Shown: positions 11,392 through 22,219 of the stretch, piece by piece
Layout of the letters: every line of letters starts with the position of its first letter
How positions within the stretch are numbered: the first letter of the stretch is position 1
Assembly (NCBI RefSeq): GCF_017348835.2
Contig: NZ_CP071375.1
Source: Escherichia coli
Lineage (GTDB): Bacteria > Pseudomonadota > Gammaproteobacteria > Enterobacterales > Enterobacteriaceae
Reading direction: 5' to 3' (one strand)
DNA length: 64,000 nucleotides
The notes under the pieces: model-generated
The model's input: only the letters and a program-made list of their open reading frames with translations
Databases searched by the model: none
What the model was told of the DNA's origin: nothing
Translations under genes and position numbers: made by a program

Positions 11392-12768
11392 GTGAAAAAC
11401 GCGTCAACCGTATCGGAAGATACTGCGTCGAATCAAGAGCCGACGCTTCATCGCGGATTACATAACCGTCATATTCAACTGATTGCGCTGGGTGGCGCAA
11501 TTGGTACTGGTCTGTTTCTTGGCATTGGCCCAGCGATTCAGATGGCGGGTCCGGCTGTATTGCTGGGCTACGGCGTCGCCGGGATCATCGCTTTCCTGAT
11601 TATGCGCCAGCTCGGCGAGATGGTGGTCGAAGAGCCGGTATCCGGTTCATTTGCCCACTTTGCCTATAAATACTGGGGACCGTTTGCAGGCTTCCTCTCT
11701 GGCTGGAATTACTGGGTGATGTTCGTGCTGGTGGGAATGGCAGAGCTGACCGCTGCGGGCATCTATATGCAGTACTGGTTCCCGGATGTTCCAACGTGGA
11801 TTTGGGCTGCCGCCTTCTTTATTATCATCAACGCCGTTAACCTGGTGAACGTGCGCTTATATGGCGAAACGGAGTTCTGGTTCGCGCTGATTAAAGTGCT
11901 GGCAATCATCGGCATGATCGGTTTTGGCCTGTGGCTGCTGTTTTCTGGGCACGGTGGCGAGAAAGCCAGTATCGACAACCTCTGGCGCTACGGCGGTTTC
12001 TTCGCCACCGGCTGGAATGGGCTGATTTTGTCGCTGGCGGTAATTATGTTCTCCTTCGGCGGTCTGGAGCTGATTGGGATTACTGCCGCTGAAGCGCGCG
12101 ATCCGGAAAAAAGCATTCCAAAAGCGGTAAATCAGGTGGTGTATCGCATCCTGCTGTTTTACATCGGTTCACTGGTGGTTTTACTGGCGCTCTATCCGTG
12201 GGTGGAAGTGAAATCCAACAGTAGCCCGTTTGTGATGATTTTCCATAATCTCGACAGCAACGTGGTAGCTTCTGCGCTGAACTTCGTCATTCTGGTAGCA
12301 TCGCTGTCGGTGTATAACAGCGGGGTTTACTCTAACAGCCGCATGCTGTTTGGCCTTTCTGTGCAGGGTAATGCGCCGAAGTTCCTTACCCGTGTTAGCC
12401 GTCGCGGCGTGCCGATTAACTCGCTGATGCTTTCCGGAGCGATCACTTCGCTGGTGGTGTTAATCAACTATCTGCTGCCGCAAAAAGCGTTTGGTCTGCT
12501 GATGGCGCTGGTGGTAGCAACGCTGCTGTTGAACTGGATTATGATCTGCCTGGCGCATCTGCGTTTTCGCGCGGCGATGCGACGTCAGGGACGTGAAACA
12601 CAGTTTAAGGCGCTGCTTTATCCGTTCGGCAACTATCTTTGCATTGCCTTCCTCGGCATGATTTTGCTGCTGATGTGCACGATGGATGATATGCGCTTGT
12701 CAGCGATCCTGCTGCCGGTGTGGATTGTATTCCTGTTTGTGGCATTTAAAACGCTGCGTCGGAAATAA
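11392..12768 (+). CDS. pheP: PheP, phenylalanine-specific permease (APC family)
   Basis: ORF 11356-12768; likely GTG start at 11392 (MKNASTVSED...) giving 458 aa. Confidence 0.9.
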   Translation: MKNASTVSEDTASNQEPTLHRGLHNRHIQLIALGGAIGTGLFLGIGPAIQMAGPAVLLGYGVAGIIAFLIMRQLGEMVVEEPVSGSFAHFAYKYWGPFAGFLSGWNYWVMFVLVGMAELTAAGIYMQYWFPDVPTWIWAAAFFIIINAVNLVNVRLYGETEFWFALIKVLAIIGMIGFGLWLLFSGHGGEKASIDNLWRYGGFFATGWNGLILSLAVIMFSFGGLELIGITAAEARDPEKSIPKAVNQVVYRILLFYIGSLVVLLALYPWVEVKSNSSPFVMIFHNLDSNVVASALNFVILVASLSVYNSGVYSNSRMLFGLSVQGNAPKFLTRVSRRGVPINSLMLSGAITSLVVLINYLLPQKAFGLLMALVVATLLLNWIMICLAHLRFRAAMRRQGRETQFKALLYPFGNYLCIAFLGMILLLMCTMDDMRLSAILLPVWIVFLFVAFKTLRRK

Positions 12769-12799
12769 GGCATTCACGCTACATCCGACAAAACGATGT

Positions 12800-12833
12800 C
12801 CGCTCTCATCCATTCGATGAGAGCGGTTTTTTT
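12800..12833 (+). terminator. Rho-independent terminator of pheP
   Basis: Hairpin CCGCTCTCATC / GATGAGAGCGG followed by TTTTTTT, read directly. Confidence 0.75.
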
Positions 12834-12835
12834 AA

Positions 12836-14131
<1,296 letters not shown>

Positions 14132-14163
14132 TTATGCAAATCAGGAGAATCTGAGGGGAAATA

Positions 14164-14181
14164 GCCGGGCAGATGCCCGGC
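14164..14181 (-). terminator. GC-rich hairpin just downstream of nfsB (possible terminator; weak U-tract)
   Basis: GCCGGGC-AGAT-GCCCGGC perfect 7-bp stem read directly. Confidence 0.4.
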
Positions 14182-14190
14182 AAGAGAGAA

Positions 14191-14844
14191 TTACACTTCG
14201 GTTAAGGTGATGTTTTGCGGCAGACGAGATTTCGGCAGCGTAGCGTTAAAATCTTCAACGCTGTGATGACCTACCGGAACAACCACCAGACTGGTGTAGC
14301 CTTTCTCTTTCAGACCAAATTCTGCATCGAGGATGGCGGCGTCAAAACCTTCGATGGGTACCGCGTCCAGACCCAGAGCCGCCACGCCGAGCAGGAAGTT
14401 ACCGACGTTGAGATAAACCTGTTTTGCCATCCACTCTGCATCATCATGCAGATCTTTACGGTGCATATCAGCGAAGAACTTGCGACCTTTATCGTTCGCG
14501 GCTTTCGCTTCCGGCGTGGCAAAGCGGCCATCAGCATCTTCCTGGTCAACAACCAGCTTCAGCCAGGCATCGTCCATCGCGGTTTTTGCACAGAACACCA
14601 CGACGTGCGAGGCATCAAGTATTTTACGTTCGTTGAACACATAATTACCGGCAGCGGATTTGGCAACACGCGCTTTACCTTCTTCCGTGCTGGCAACAAT
14701 AAAATGCCACGGCTGGGAGTTGGTGCTGGATGGGCTGTATTGCAGTAGCGTTTTGATCTGCTCGGCCTGTTCCGGGGTAAGTTTTTTGCTGGCATCAAAT
14801 GCCTTAGTGGAATGACGCTTTAAGGCGACAGAAATGATATCCAT
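14191..14844 (-). CDS. nfsB: NfsB, oxygen-insensitive NAD(P)H nitroreductase
   Basis: ORF 14191-14895; start taken at [17 protein letters not shown] giving 217 aa. Confidence 0.93.
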   Translation of the reverse strand: MDIISVALKRHSTKAFDASKKLTPEQAEQIKTLLQYSPSSTNSQPWHFIVASTEEGKARVAKSAAGNYVFNERKILDASHVVVFCAKTAMDDAWLKLVVDQEDADGRFATPEAKAANDKGRKFFADMHRKDLHDDAEWMAKQVYLNVGNFLLGVAALGLDAVPIEGFDAAILDAEFGLKEKGYTSLVVVPVGHHSVEDFNATLPKSRLPQNITLTEV

Positions 14845-14937
14845 AAAGACTCCATGTGAAAGTAATTTTGCGTGCCAGCAGATTACAAGGTTCAACGAGA
14901 AATGGTAAGCGAGAAAAATGCGCTATAGATTTCCGCT

Positions 14938-15306
14938 TTAGCCTGGACGCACTCTTTTTTGATCGCGTTTAGCCAGACCATCAACCACCAGATTCCACGA
15001 ATCGTTGATCAGATCGCGAAGTAACGCTTCGGAGATTTCCTCGCCGGGATACACCGAAATCCAGTGCTTTTTATTCATGTGATACCCTGGCTTAATGCTT
15101 GGGTATATTTGCTGATTTAACAGGGATTTTTGTGGATCGGACTTCAGATTGATAAAGGGGACGCCGCGTAGCTCCGACGACAGCATAAAAATCTTGCCGC
15201 CAATTTTAAAAACATCGAACTCCGGGCCAAAAGGCCAGCAAAGCTCGACAAAGGGTAACTCAAGGGCCAGGCGTTTCGCCGTTTCGTGCAGTGATTGCTT
15301 ATCCAT
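14938..15306 (-). CDS. ybdF: YbdF, small conserved protein of unknown function
   Basis: ORF 14938-15426; start taken at [14 protein letters not shown] giving 122 aa. Confidence 0.8.
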
Positions 15307-15370
15307 AAACGTTCCTTTAGGCGAAGGAGAATAAGCAAAGTATGCCGCGAAGTACGGCGATAATCGACGT

Positions 15371-15619
15371 TTAATCCGCCAGCGAGAACCAGCGTCGCCA
15401 GATAAAGCGCAGAACAAAATACTCAATAGCGCCCAGCACTAAAAACCACAGACAAAACAATAAAGTGTAAAGCTGACTAAGATCCATCAGATGGAACGTG
15501 GTCACCAGTTTTTGTGCCAGCGTCAGCCCCAGTGCGGGGGCGGGCAGCAGCAGGCAAGAGAGGAAAGCCATCAGCAAAATGCCTGCTGCGGTGGTCAAGG
15601 TTTCTAAAGGGTGTTTCAT
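15371..15619 (-). CDS. ybdJ: YbdJ, small inner-membrane protein
   Basis: 82-aa ORF with two hydrophobic helices. Confidence 0.8.
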
Positions 15620-15684
15620 AACATTGTTAAATGTAAGTTAAAACACCATTGTCAGGGATATTCTTCTGTAAGGCAATTCCCGGC

Positions 15685-16812
<1,128 letters not shown>

Positions 16813-17098
16813 TTATGTTGGCGTTTTCTATTCAGTATAGAAGTGGGAGCGGCCAGGCGAGATGCGGAAGTTCTGGAATGTTTCTTTTTTTGGTGATGGT
16901 GACTGAAGCAATTTGGCTACTTTTGCAATGTGACAAGTTATGGCACGGCTGGCTGGTGGCGAAGAATTTTGATGATTGGGGCGCGCAGAATAAAACTGGC
17001 TCAGCTTCAGTTGATCAAATGAGGAGTGAGAAGTCCGAAACAAGACTCACTGTATAAATAAACAGCTATTTTATTGAGGAAGGGTAAGATAACGGCGG

Positions 17099-17332
17099 GT
17101 GCCTGAAGCTTTCCGGTTTCAGGTTAACTCTGAGGTCTGGAAAGATGAAGCCCCAGGAGATATTTCTATCAACCCTGGGGCTACCTACCCAAACCTGAAC
17201 AATTTGGATGGTAGTCCCTTCTTCGCATGGAGGCAATATAAACATGCTGACGAAATATGCCCTTGTGGCAGTCATAGTGCTGTGTTTGACAGTGCTGGGA
17301 TTTACGCTTCTGGTCGGAGACTCGTTGTGTGA
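17099..17332 (+). CDS. mokE: Possible mokE, the overlapping reading frame that couples hokE translation; start codon uncertain
   Basis: Open frame in a different phase overlapping the hokE start, as in hok/mok loci; the annotated start at 17099 is GTG and lies close to the likely mRNA 5' end. Confidence 0.3.
   Translation: MPEAFRFQVNSEVWKDEAPGDISINPGATYPNLNNLDGSPFFAWRQYKHADEICPCGSHSAVFDSAGIYASGRRLVV
17125..17200 (-). ncRNA. sokE: Expected position of the sokE antisense RNA (boundaries approximate)
   Basis: Inferred only from hok/sok family architecture (antisense to the mok leader upstream of hok); no promoter or terminator pinned down. Confidence 0.3.
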
Positions 17333-17396
17333 GTTTACGGTGAAGGAACGTAATATTGAGTTCAGGGCTGTTCTCGCTTACGAACCGAAGAAGTAG
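17244..17396 (+). CDS. hokE: HokE, type I toxin (small membrane-depolarising peptide)
   Basis: ATG at 17244; 50 aa [50 protein letters not shown], typical Hok TM helix plus conserved C-terminus. Confidence 0.9.
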   Translation: MLTKYALVAVIVLCLTVLGFTLLVGDSLCEFTVKERNIEFRAVLAYEPKK

Positions 17397-17402
17397 CCGT
17401 TG

Positions 17403-17496
17403 TGCGGGGAGCAATCCCCGCATATCCGGTTGTCAGGTCAGAGTGGTAAGGCACCTGCTTTACACTTTCGCCCGCAGTCAGTGATGGCTGCGGGCG
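17403..17496. other. Two perfect hairpins downstream of hokE (hok mRNA 3' fold-back region / entD 3' end); the first carries a GGGG-N6-CCCC motif
   Basis: TGCGGGG-agcaat-CCCCGCA at 17403-17422 and CGCCCGCAG-N10-CTGCGGGCG at 17469-17496, read directly; neither has a clear U-tract. Confidence 0.6.
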
Positions 17497-17517
17497 AATC
17501 GTACCAGATGTTGTCAA

Positions 17518-18138
17518 TTAATCGTGTTGGCACAGAGTTATGACTATTTTTTCTTTTATCTGCCAGTGCACAGCAAACATCTCATTCTCACGATGAATGA
17601 TGACCTGCTGTTTATTCCAGCTAATTATCTGATAGTCCAGAAAACCTGCATCAGTTTGGATCTCACTTGCCTTAAATGCGCTCTCTTTGGCGGAAAATGC
17701 CAGTGTCAGCGCCAGAGAAAAGGCTAAACCGCAGTCAGCGAGTCGCTCGTGTTCTGCTGGTGTAATAATGTTGTCTGTCAATTCGGTCGCTGTTTGCGCA
17801 GAAAAAATTTCTTCGATATCAACGCCAATCGGTTGACGGGAAACCACGGCCAATGCCGTAGCCCCGCAGTGGCTAATACTGCCGTATACCTCCGCAGGCC
17901 ACACCGGTTGGCGTAGCTCGCCGATTGCGGGCACACATTTATAGCCATATTCCCGCAAGGCATAAACAGCAGCGATCCGTCCGGCTAAATGCTCCGTTTT
18001 ACGTTTACGTCCAGCGTGTTGCAGTTGTGCGTAGTGCGGCAGCCAGAGTAAATCCTGCTCACAAAAATTCGCCGGATCGAACTCAACAAAATGCAGCGTA
18101 TGTCCGGCAAAGGGGAGGGAGGTATGCGTAGTTTTCAT
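17518..18138 (-). CDS. entD: EntD, phosphopantetheinyl transferase for EntB/EntF
   Basis: ORF 17518-18288; start taken at MKTTHTSLPFAGH giving 206 aa (the longer ORF runs into a REP element). Confidence 0.88.
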   Translation of the reverse strand: MKTTHTSLPFAGHTLHFVEFDPANFCEQDLLWLPHYAQLQHAGRKRKTEHLAGRIAAVYALREYGYKCVPAIGELRQPVWPAEVYGSISHCGATALAVVSRQPIGVDIEEIFSAQTATELTDNIITPAEHERLADCGLAFSLALTLAFSAKESAFKASEIQTDAGFLDYQIISWNKQQVIIHRENEMFAVHWQIKEKIVITLCQHD

Positions 18139-18174
18139 ATCGACCATATTCGAGACTGATGACAAACGCAAAAC

Positions 18175-18275
18175 TGCCTGATGCGCTACGCTTATCAGGC
18201 CTACGTGGTCCTGCAATATATTGAATTGGCAAGATTTTTGTAGGCCGGATAAGGCGTTCACGCCGCATCCGGCAT
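18175..18275. repeat. REP/BIME-type palindromic repeats between entD and fepA
   Basis: GCCTGATGCGCTACGCTTATCAGGCCTAC and GTAGGCCGGATAAGGCGTTCACGCCGCATCCGGCA, typical REP palindromic units. Confidence 0.8.
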
Positions 18276-18312
18276 GAACGACGCGCACTTTGTCAACAAT
18301 CTGACGTTAGCA

Positions 18313-20553
18313 TCAGAAGTGAGTGTTTACGCTCATATACAACGTACGTCCCGGCTCGTTATAGGTATACGCCCCGGCACCGGCGATATAGTTGGCCCCT
18401 GCCAGATCGCCCGTGGTCTGGGCATTACCCGCACGCCACAAACGTTTGTCGAACAGGTTGTCCACGCCGCCGGTCAGACTGACATTCTTCGTCACATCCC
18501 AGGTCGCGCTCAGACCCACAATGCTGTAAGGACTGATTTCTTTGGTTTCCGGGCCAACCGCTGGCTGACCTTTATAGTTGTACTTCTTCGGCTGCTGCTT
18601 ACCGTACCAGGTGAAGGTCGTTTGCATCGACAAATCTTCTCGTGCCTGCCAGCTCAGCGTTGAGTTCAACGTATACTCCGGGATGATCGACAAACGGTCG
18701 CCCGTGGTTTTGTTTTCACTCTTCAGCATATAAGTGATGTTATTAGTCCACATCACCGTTTCGCTAACCGGTACGTTTAACGATCCTTCCAGACCTTCAA
18801 CCACCGCTTTCGGCACGTTATCCCACTGATAGAGATCGGTGCCGACTGCGTTTTGCCCTACAGCCACATAGCCCGCTTCAATCTTATTGCGATAATCGTT
18901 ACGGAACCAGGTGACGCCCGCCAGCCAGCCGTCGCGTTTGAACTCCAGACCAATCTCTTTGTTGATGCTGGTTTCCGCTTTCAGGTCATCATTACCTTGC
19001 AGATAGCAGCCGCCCGCGCTGGCATAGCAACCCTGACCTTTACTGTAGAGAATGTAGTTCGGGTTAGTCTGGTACAGGCTCGGCGCTTTATAAGCACGGG
19101 CAATGCCCATTTTCAGCGTGAAGTCATCGCCTAAACCTTGCGATATGTTCAGCGCCGGGCTCCAGTTATTGCCAACTATACTGTGATGATCGAAACGCAG
19201 CCCCGGCGTTACGATGGTGCTGTCAGTCAGCTCCATATTGTTTTCGGCAAACAGCGAGAAAATTTCTGCTTTTGAATACGGGCTACGGTCGGTGGCACTC
19301 ACGCCATCAATAGCGCCACCGGTATTCGTTCCGGTCAGTGCCTGGGTGTTGGAACTTAAGTCCTTCATCCGCTGCTGATTCCACTCCGTACCCAGCGTCA
19401 GCGTCTGGTTAACGAGGAAATCAATCGGCAGGTTAACTTCGCTGTGCAGCATCACGTCATCAAGATCGATATCGACGAAATCCTGTGTCGCTTTTTCGTT
19501 AAATTTCCCTTCGGTACCGCCCGCCAGACCTTCCGGAATACGCGAGTTACGGGTGTGTTCGTACTGCACCCAGTTGCTGGTGGTCACGCCGTTATCCCAG
19601 CCACCGTTCCAGGTCAGCGAGTAGTTCTGGCGATACAGGCGGTTGGTTTCATCGCCATATTTCGAGCGAGTGTAAGCGTCAGAGTTGGTGTTCTGGGTAT
19701 CGCCCGCATACAGGTTACCCTGGCGGCTGTAACCCGCTTCCAGTTCGAGTGATTGCAGAGGCGCGAAGTCCCAGCGCACCACGCCATTAATATCTTTGTT
19801 GATCACCCCTTCGCGCCCGGCTGGTAACGTCGTGGCATACGTTCCGGCACGCGCGGACTGATGGCCCTGGTTGATATCCCACGCGTCAGCCTGAGTTTTG
19901 TCGAGGTTGCCATACAAGCGGAAGCTGAATTCGTCGCCCAGCGGACCGGTCAGGCTAAAGTTAGTGCGTTTGGTGGCACCTTCCTCTTTATGTTCTGGCG
20001 CATTGAAATATGCGTCCCAGGAGCCGTGCCACTCGCCGCTGCCTTTTTTGGTAATGATGTTAACCACGCCGCCCGCCGCGCCGTTGCCGTAACGCGCAGC
20101 TGCCGGACCACGCAGAACTTCAATACGTTCAATCATTTCAGGTGGCACCCAGGAAGTATCACCACGGGTATCGCGCTCGCCACGCCAGCCCTGACGCACC
20201 GAGTTACGGCTGCTTACCGGTTTGCCGTCAATCAAAATTAGCGTGTTTTCCGGACCCATGCCGCGAATATCAATCTGTCGGTTATTCCCACGCTGACCAC
20301 TGGTGGAGTTACCGGTCAGGTTAACGCCTGGCATGGTACGGATGATCTCCGACACATCGCGGGCAACCGGGTTTTTGCGGATTTCATCTGCGGTGATGGT
20401 CGAAACGCCAGGCGCCTGTAAGTTCTGCTCGGCGGCGGTAACGACAATAGTATCGTCATGTGAAACAGGAGTATCGGTCGGCTCTTGTGCCTGCGCTACC
20501 CCATAAATCCCCAGATTGACCAACAAGGCCAGGGAATGAATCTTCTTGTTCAT
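18313..20553 (-). CDS. fepA: FepA, TonB-dependent ferric enterobactin outer-membrane receptor
   Basis: ORF 18313-20613; start taken at MNKKIHSLALLVNLGIYGVAQA (signal peptide) giving 746 aa; C-terminal ...YMSVNTHF. Confidence 0.95.
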   Translation of the reverse strand: MNKKIHSLALLVNLGIYGVAQAQEPTDTPVSHDDTIVVTAAEQNLQAPGVSTITADEIRKNPVARDVSEIIRTMPGVNLTGNSTSGQRGNNRQIDIRGMGPENTLILIDGKPVSSRNSVRQGWRGERDTRGDTSWVPPEMIERIEVLRGPAAARYGNGAAGGVVNIITKKGSGEWHGSWDAYFNAPEHKEEGATKRTNFSLTGPLGDEFSFRLYGNLDKTQADAWDINQGHQSARAGTYATTLPAGREGVINKDINGVVRWDFAPLQSLELEAGYSRQGNLYAGDTQNTNSDAYTRSKYGDETNRLYRQNYSLTWNGGWDNGVTTSNWVQYEHTRNSRIPEGLAGGTEGKFNEKATQDFVDIDLDDVMLHSEVNLPIDFLVNQTLTLGTEWNQQRMKDLSSNTQALTGTNTGGAIDGVSATDRSPYSKAEIFSLFAENNMELTDSTIVTPGLRFDHHSIVGNNWSPALNISQGLGDDFTLKMGIARAYKAPSLYQTNPNYILYSKGQGCYASAGGCYLQGNDDLKAETSINKEIGLEFKRDGWLAGVTWFRNDYRNKIEAGYVAVGQNAVGTDLYQWDNVPKAVVEGLEGSLNVPVSETVMWTNNITYMLKSENKTTGDRLSIIPEYTLNSTLSWQAREDLSMQTTFTWYGKQQPKKYNYKGQPAVGPETKEISPYSIVGLSATWDVTKNVSLTGGVDNLFDKRLWRAGNAQTTGDLAGANYIAGAGAYTYNEPGRTLYMSVNTHF

Positions 20554-20720
20554 TGTTTTATTCCTGCATTTTTGCCACGAATTGCAACTGTCGGGCATGG
20601 TCGTCATCAACACGACGCATCCCGCTACCGCGAAAACCTTTGATCCTGAAAGACACGCAGTGCAGTTGGTTAATTAATGTCCGCGCTTCCCACGGCGCGC
20701 CATTACGCTATTGCAAATGC

Positions 20721-20747
20721 AAATAGTTATCAATAATATTATCAATA
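20721..20747. promoter_or_regulatory. Fur box(es) in the fepA / fes divergent promoter
   Basis: AAATAGTTATCAATAATATTATCAATA resembles the Fur consensus GATAATGATAATCATTATC; sits between divergent iron-uptake genes. Confidence 0.7.
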
Positions 20748-20795
20748 TATTTCTGCAATCAATGAAAAATTGCACAGTAAACATGGGGTTATGGT

Positions 20796-21998
20796 GTGAC
20801 GGCGTTAAAAGTAGGAAGTGAGAGCTGGTGGCAGTCGAAACATGGCCCGGAATGGCAGCGTCTGAATGACGAAATGTTTGAGGTCACTTTCTGGTGGCGT
20901 GATCCCCAAGGTTCTGAAGAATACTCGACGATAAAGCGCGTATGGGTCTACATCACTGGTGTGACCGATCACCATCAGAACAGCCAGCCCCAGTCGATGC
21001 AGCGAATTGCAGGCACTAACGTCTGGCAGTGGACGACACAACTCAATGCCAACTGGCGCGGCAGCTACTGCTTTATTCCCACCGAACGCGATGACATTTT
21101 TTCTACACCATCCCCCGATCGCCTCGAATTACGTGAAGGCTGGCGAAAACTATTACCCCAGGCGATAGCCGATCCGCTGAATCCACAAAGCTGGAAAGGC
21201 GGGCGAGGGCACGCTGTTTCTGCACTCGAAATGCCGCAAGCGCCTCTGCAACCGGGATGGGATTGTCCGCAAGCGCCAGAAATACCAGCCAAAGAAATTA
21301 TCTGGAAAAGTGAACGGTTGAAAAATTCACGTCGTGTATGGATTTTTACCACCGGCGATGTAACAGCAGAAGAACGCCCGCTGGCAGTTTTGCTCGATGG
21401 CGAATTTTGGGCGCAAAGTATGCCCGTCTGGCCTGTGCTGACTTCGCTGACCCATCGTCAGCAACTTCCTCCCGCCGTGTATGTGTTGATCGACGCTATC
21501 GATACCACGCACCGCGCCCACGAACTGCCGTGTAATGCGGATTTCTGGCTCGCAGTACAGCAAGAGTTATTACCCCTGGTGAAAGCTATTGCCCCTTTTA
21601 GCGATCGTGCCGATCGCACCGTGGTTGCCGGGCAGAGTTTTGGTGGGCTTTCCGCGCTGTATGCCGGACTGCACTGGCCTGAACGCTTTGGCTGTGTATT
21701 AAGCCAGTCAGGATCGTACTGGTGGCCGCATCGGGGCGGGCAGCAAGAGGGCGTGTTACTTGAAAAGCTAAAAGCTGGTGAAGTTAGCGCCGAAGGTCTG
21801 CGCATTGTGCTGGAAGCGGGTATTCGCGAGCCGATGATCATGCGGGCCAATCAGGCGCTGTATGCGCAATTACACCCCATAAAAGAATCCATTTTCTGGC
21901 GTCAGGTTGACGGCGGACATGATGCGCTTTGTTGGCGCGGTGGCTTGATGCAGGGGCTAATCGACCTCTGGCAACCACTTTTCCATGACAGGAGTTGA
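20796..21998 (+). CDS. fes: Fes, ferric enterobactin esterase
   Basis: 400-aa ORF starting at GTG 20796 (MTALKVGSESWW...); recognised by recall. Confidence 0.9.
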   Translation: MTALKVGSESWWQSKHGPEWQRLNDEMFEVTFWWRDPQGSEEYSTIKRVWVYITGVTDHHQNSQPQSMQRIAGTNVWQWTTQLNANWRGSYCFIPTERDDIFSTPSPDRLELREGWRKLLPQAIADPLNPQSWKGGRGHAVSALEMPQAPLQPGWDCPQAPEIPAKEIIWKSERLKNSRRVWIFTTGDVTAEERPLAVLLDGEFWAQSMPVWPVLTSLTHRQQLPPAVYVLIDAIDTTHRAHELPCNADFWLAVQQELLPLVKAIAPFSDRADRTVVAGQSFGGLSALYAGLHWPERFGCVLSQSGSYWWPHRGGQQEGVLLEKLKAGEVSAEGLRIVLEAGIREPMIMRANQALYAQLHPIKESIFWRQVDGGHDALCWRGGLMQGLIDLWQPLFHDRS

Positions 21999-22000
21999 AT

Positions 22001-22219
22001 ATGGCATTCAGTAATCCCTTCGATGATCCGCAGGGAGCGTTTTACATATTGCGCAATGCGCAGGGGCAATTCAGTCTGTGGCCGCAACAATGCGTCTTAC
22101 CGGCAGGCTGGGACATTGTGTGTCAGCCGCAGTCACAGGCGTCCTGCCAGCAGTGGCTGGAAGCCCACTGGCGTACTCTGACACCGACGAATTTTACCCA
22201 GTTGCAGGAGGCACAATGA
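22001..22219 (+). CDS. ybdZ: YbdZ, MbtH-like protein (partner of the EntF adenylation domain)
   Basis: 72 aa from ATG 22001 (MAFSNPFDDPQGAFYILRN...); AGGAG 7 nt upstream; stop overlaps the entF ATG (ATGA). Confidence 0.88.
   Translation: MAFSNPFDDPQGAFYILRNAQGQFSLWPQQCVLPAGWDIVCQPQSQASCQQWLEAHWRTLTPTNFTQLQEAQ

Noticed and set aside
16815-17057. 80-aa plus-strand ORF and 71-aa minus-strand ORF in the ybdK-hokE spacer
   Set aside because: No SD, no recognisable domain, mutually overlapping on opposite strands; region more plausibly holds the ybdK promoter and the hokE/sokE promoters and leader
22078-22215. Upstream extension of the entF reading frame (and analogous 5' extensions of cusS, nfsB, ybdF, ybdG, entD, fepA, fepC, fepD, entC, entA, dsbG, ahpF, rna, citF, citE, citC, citA)
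   Set aside because: The longest ORF is not the gene; internal starts match the expected mature protein lengths and signal peptides, have better SD spacing, and the extensions overlap upstream genes or REP elements
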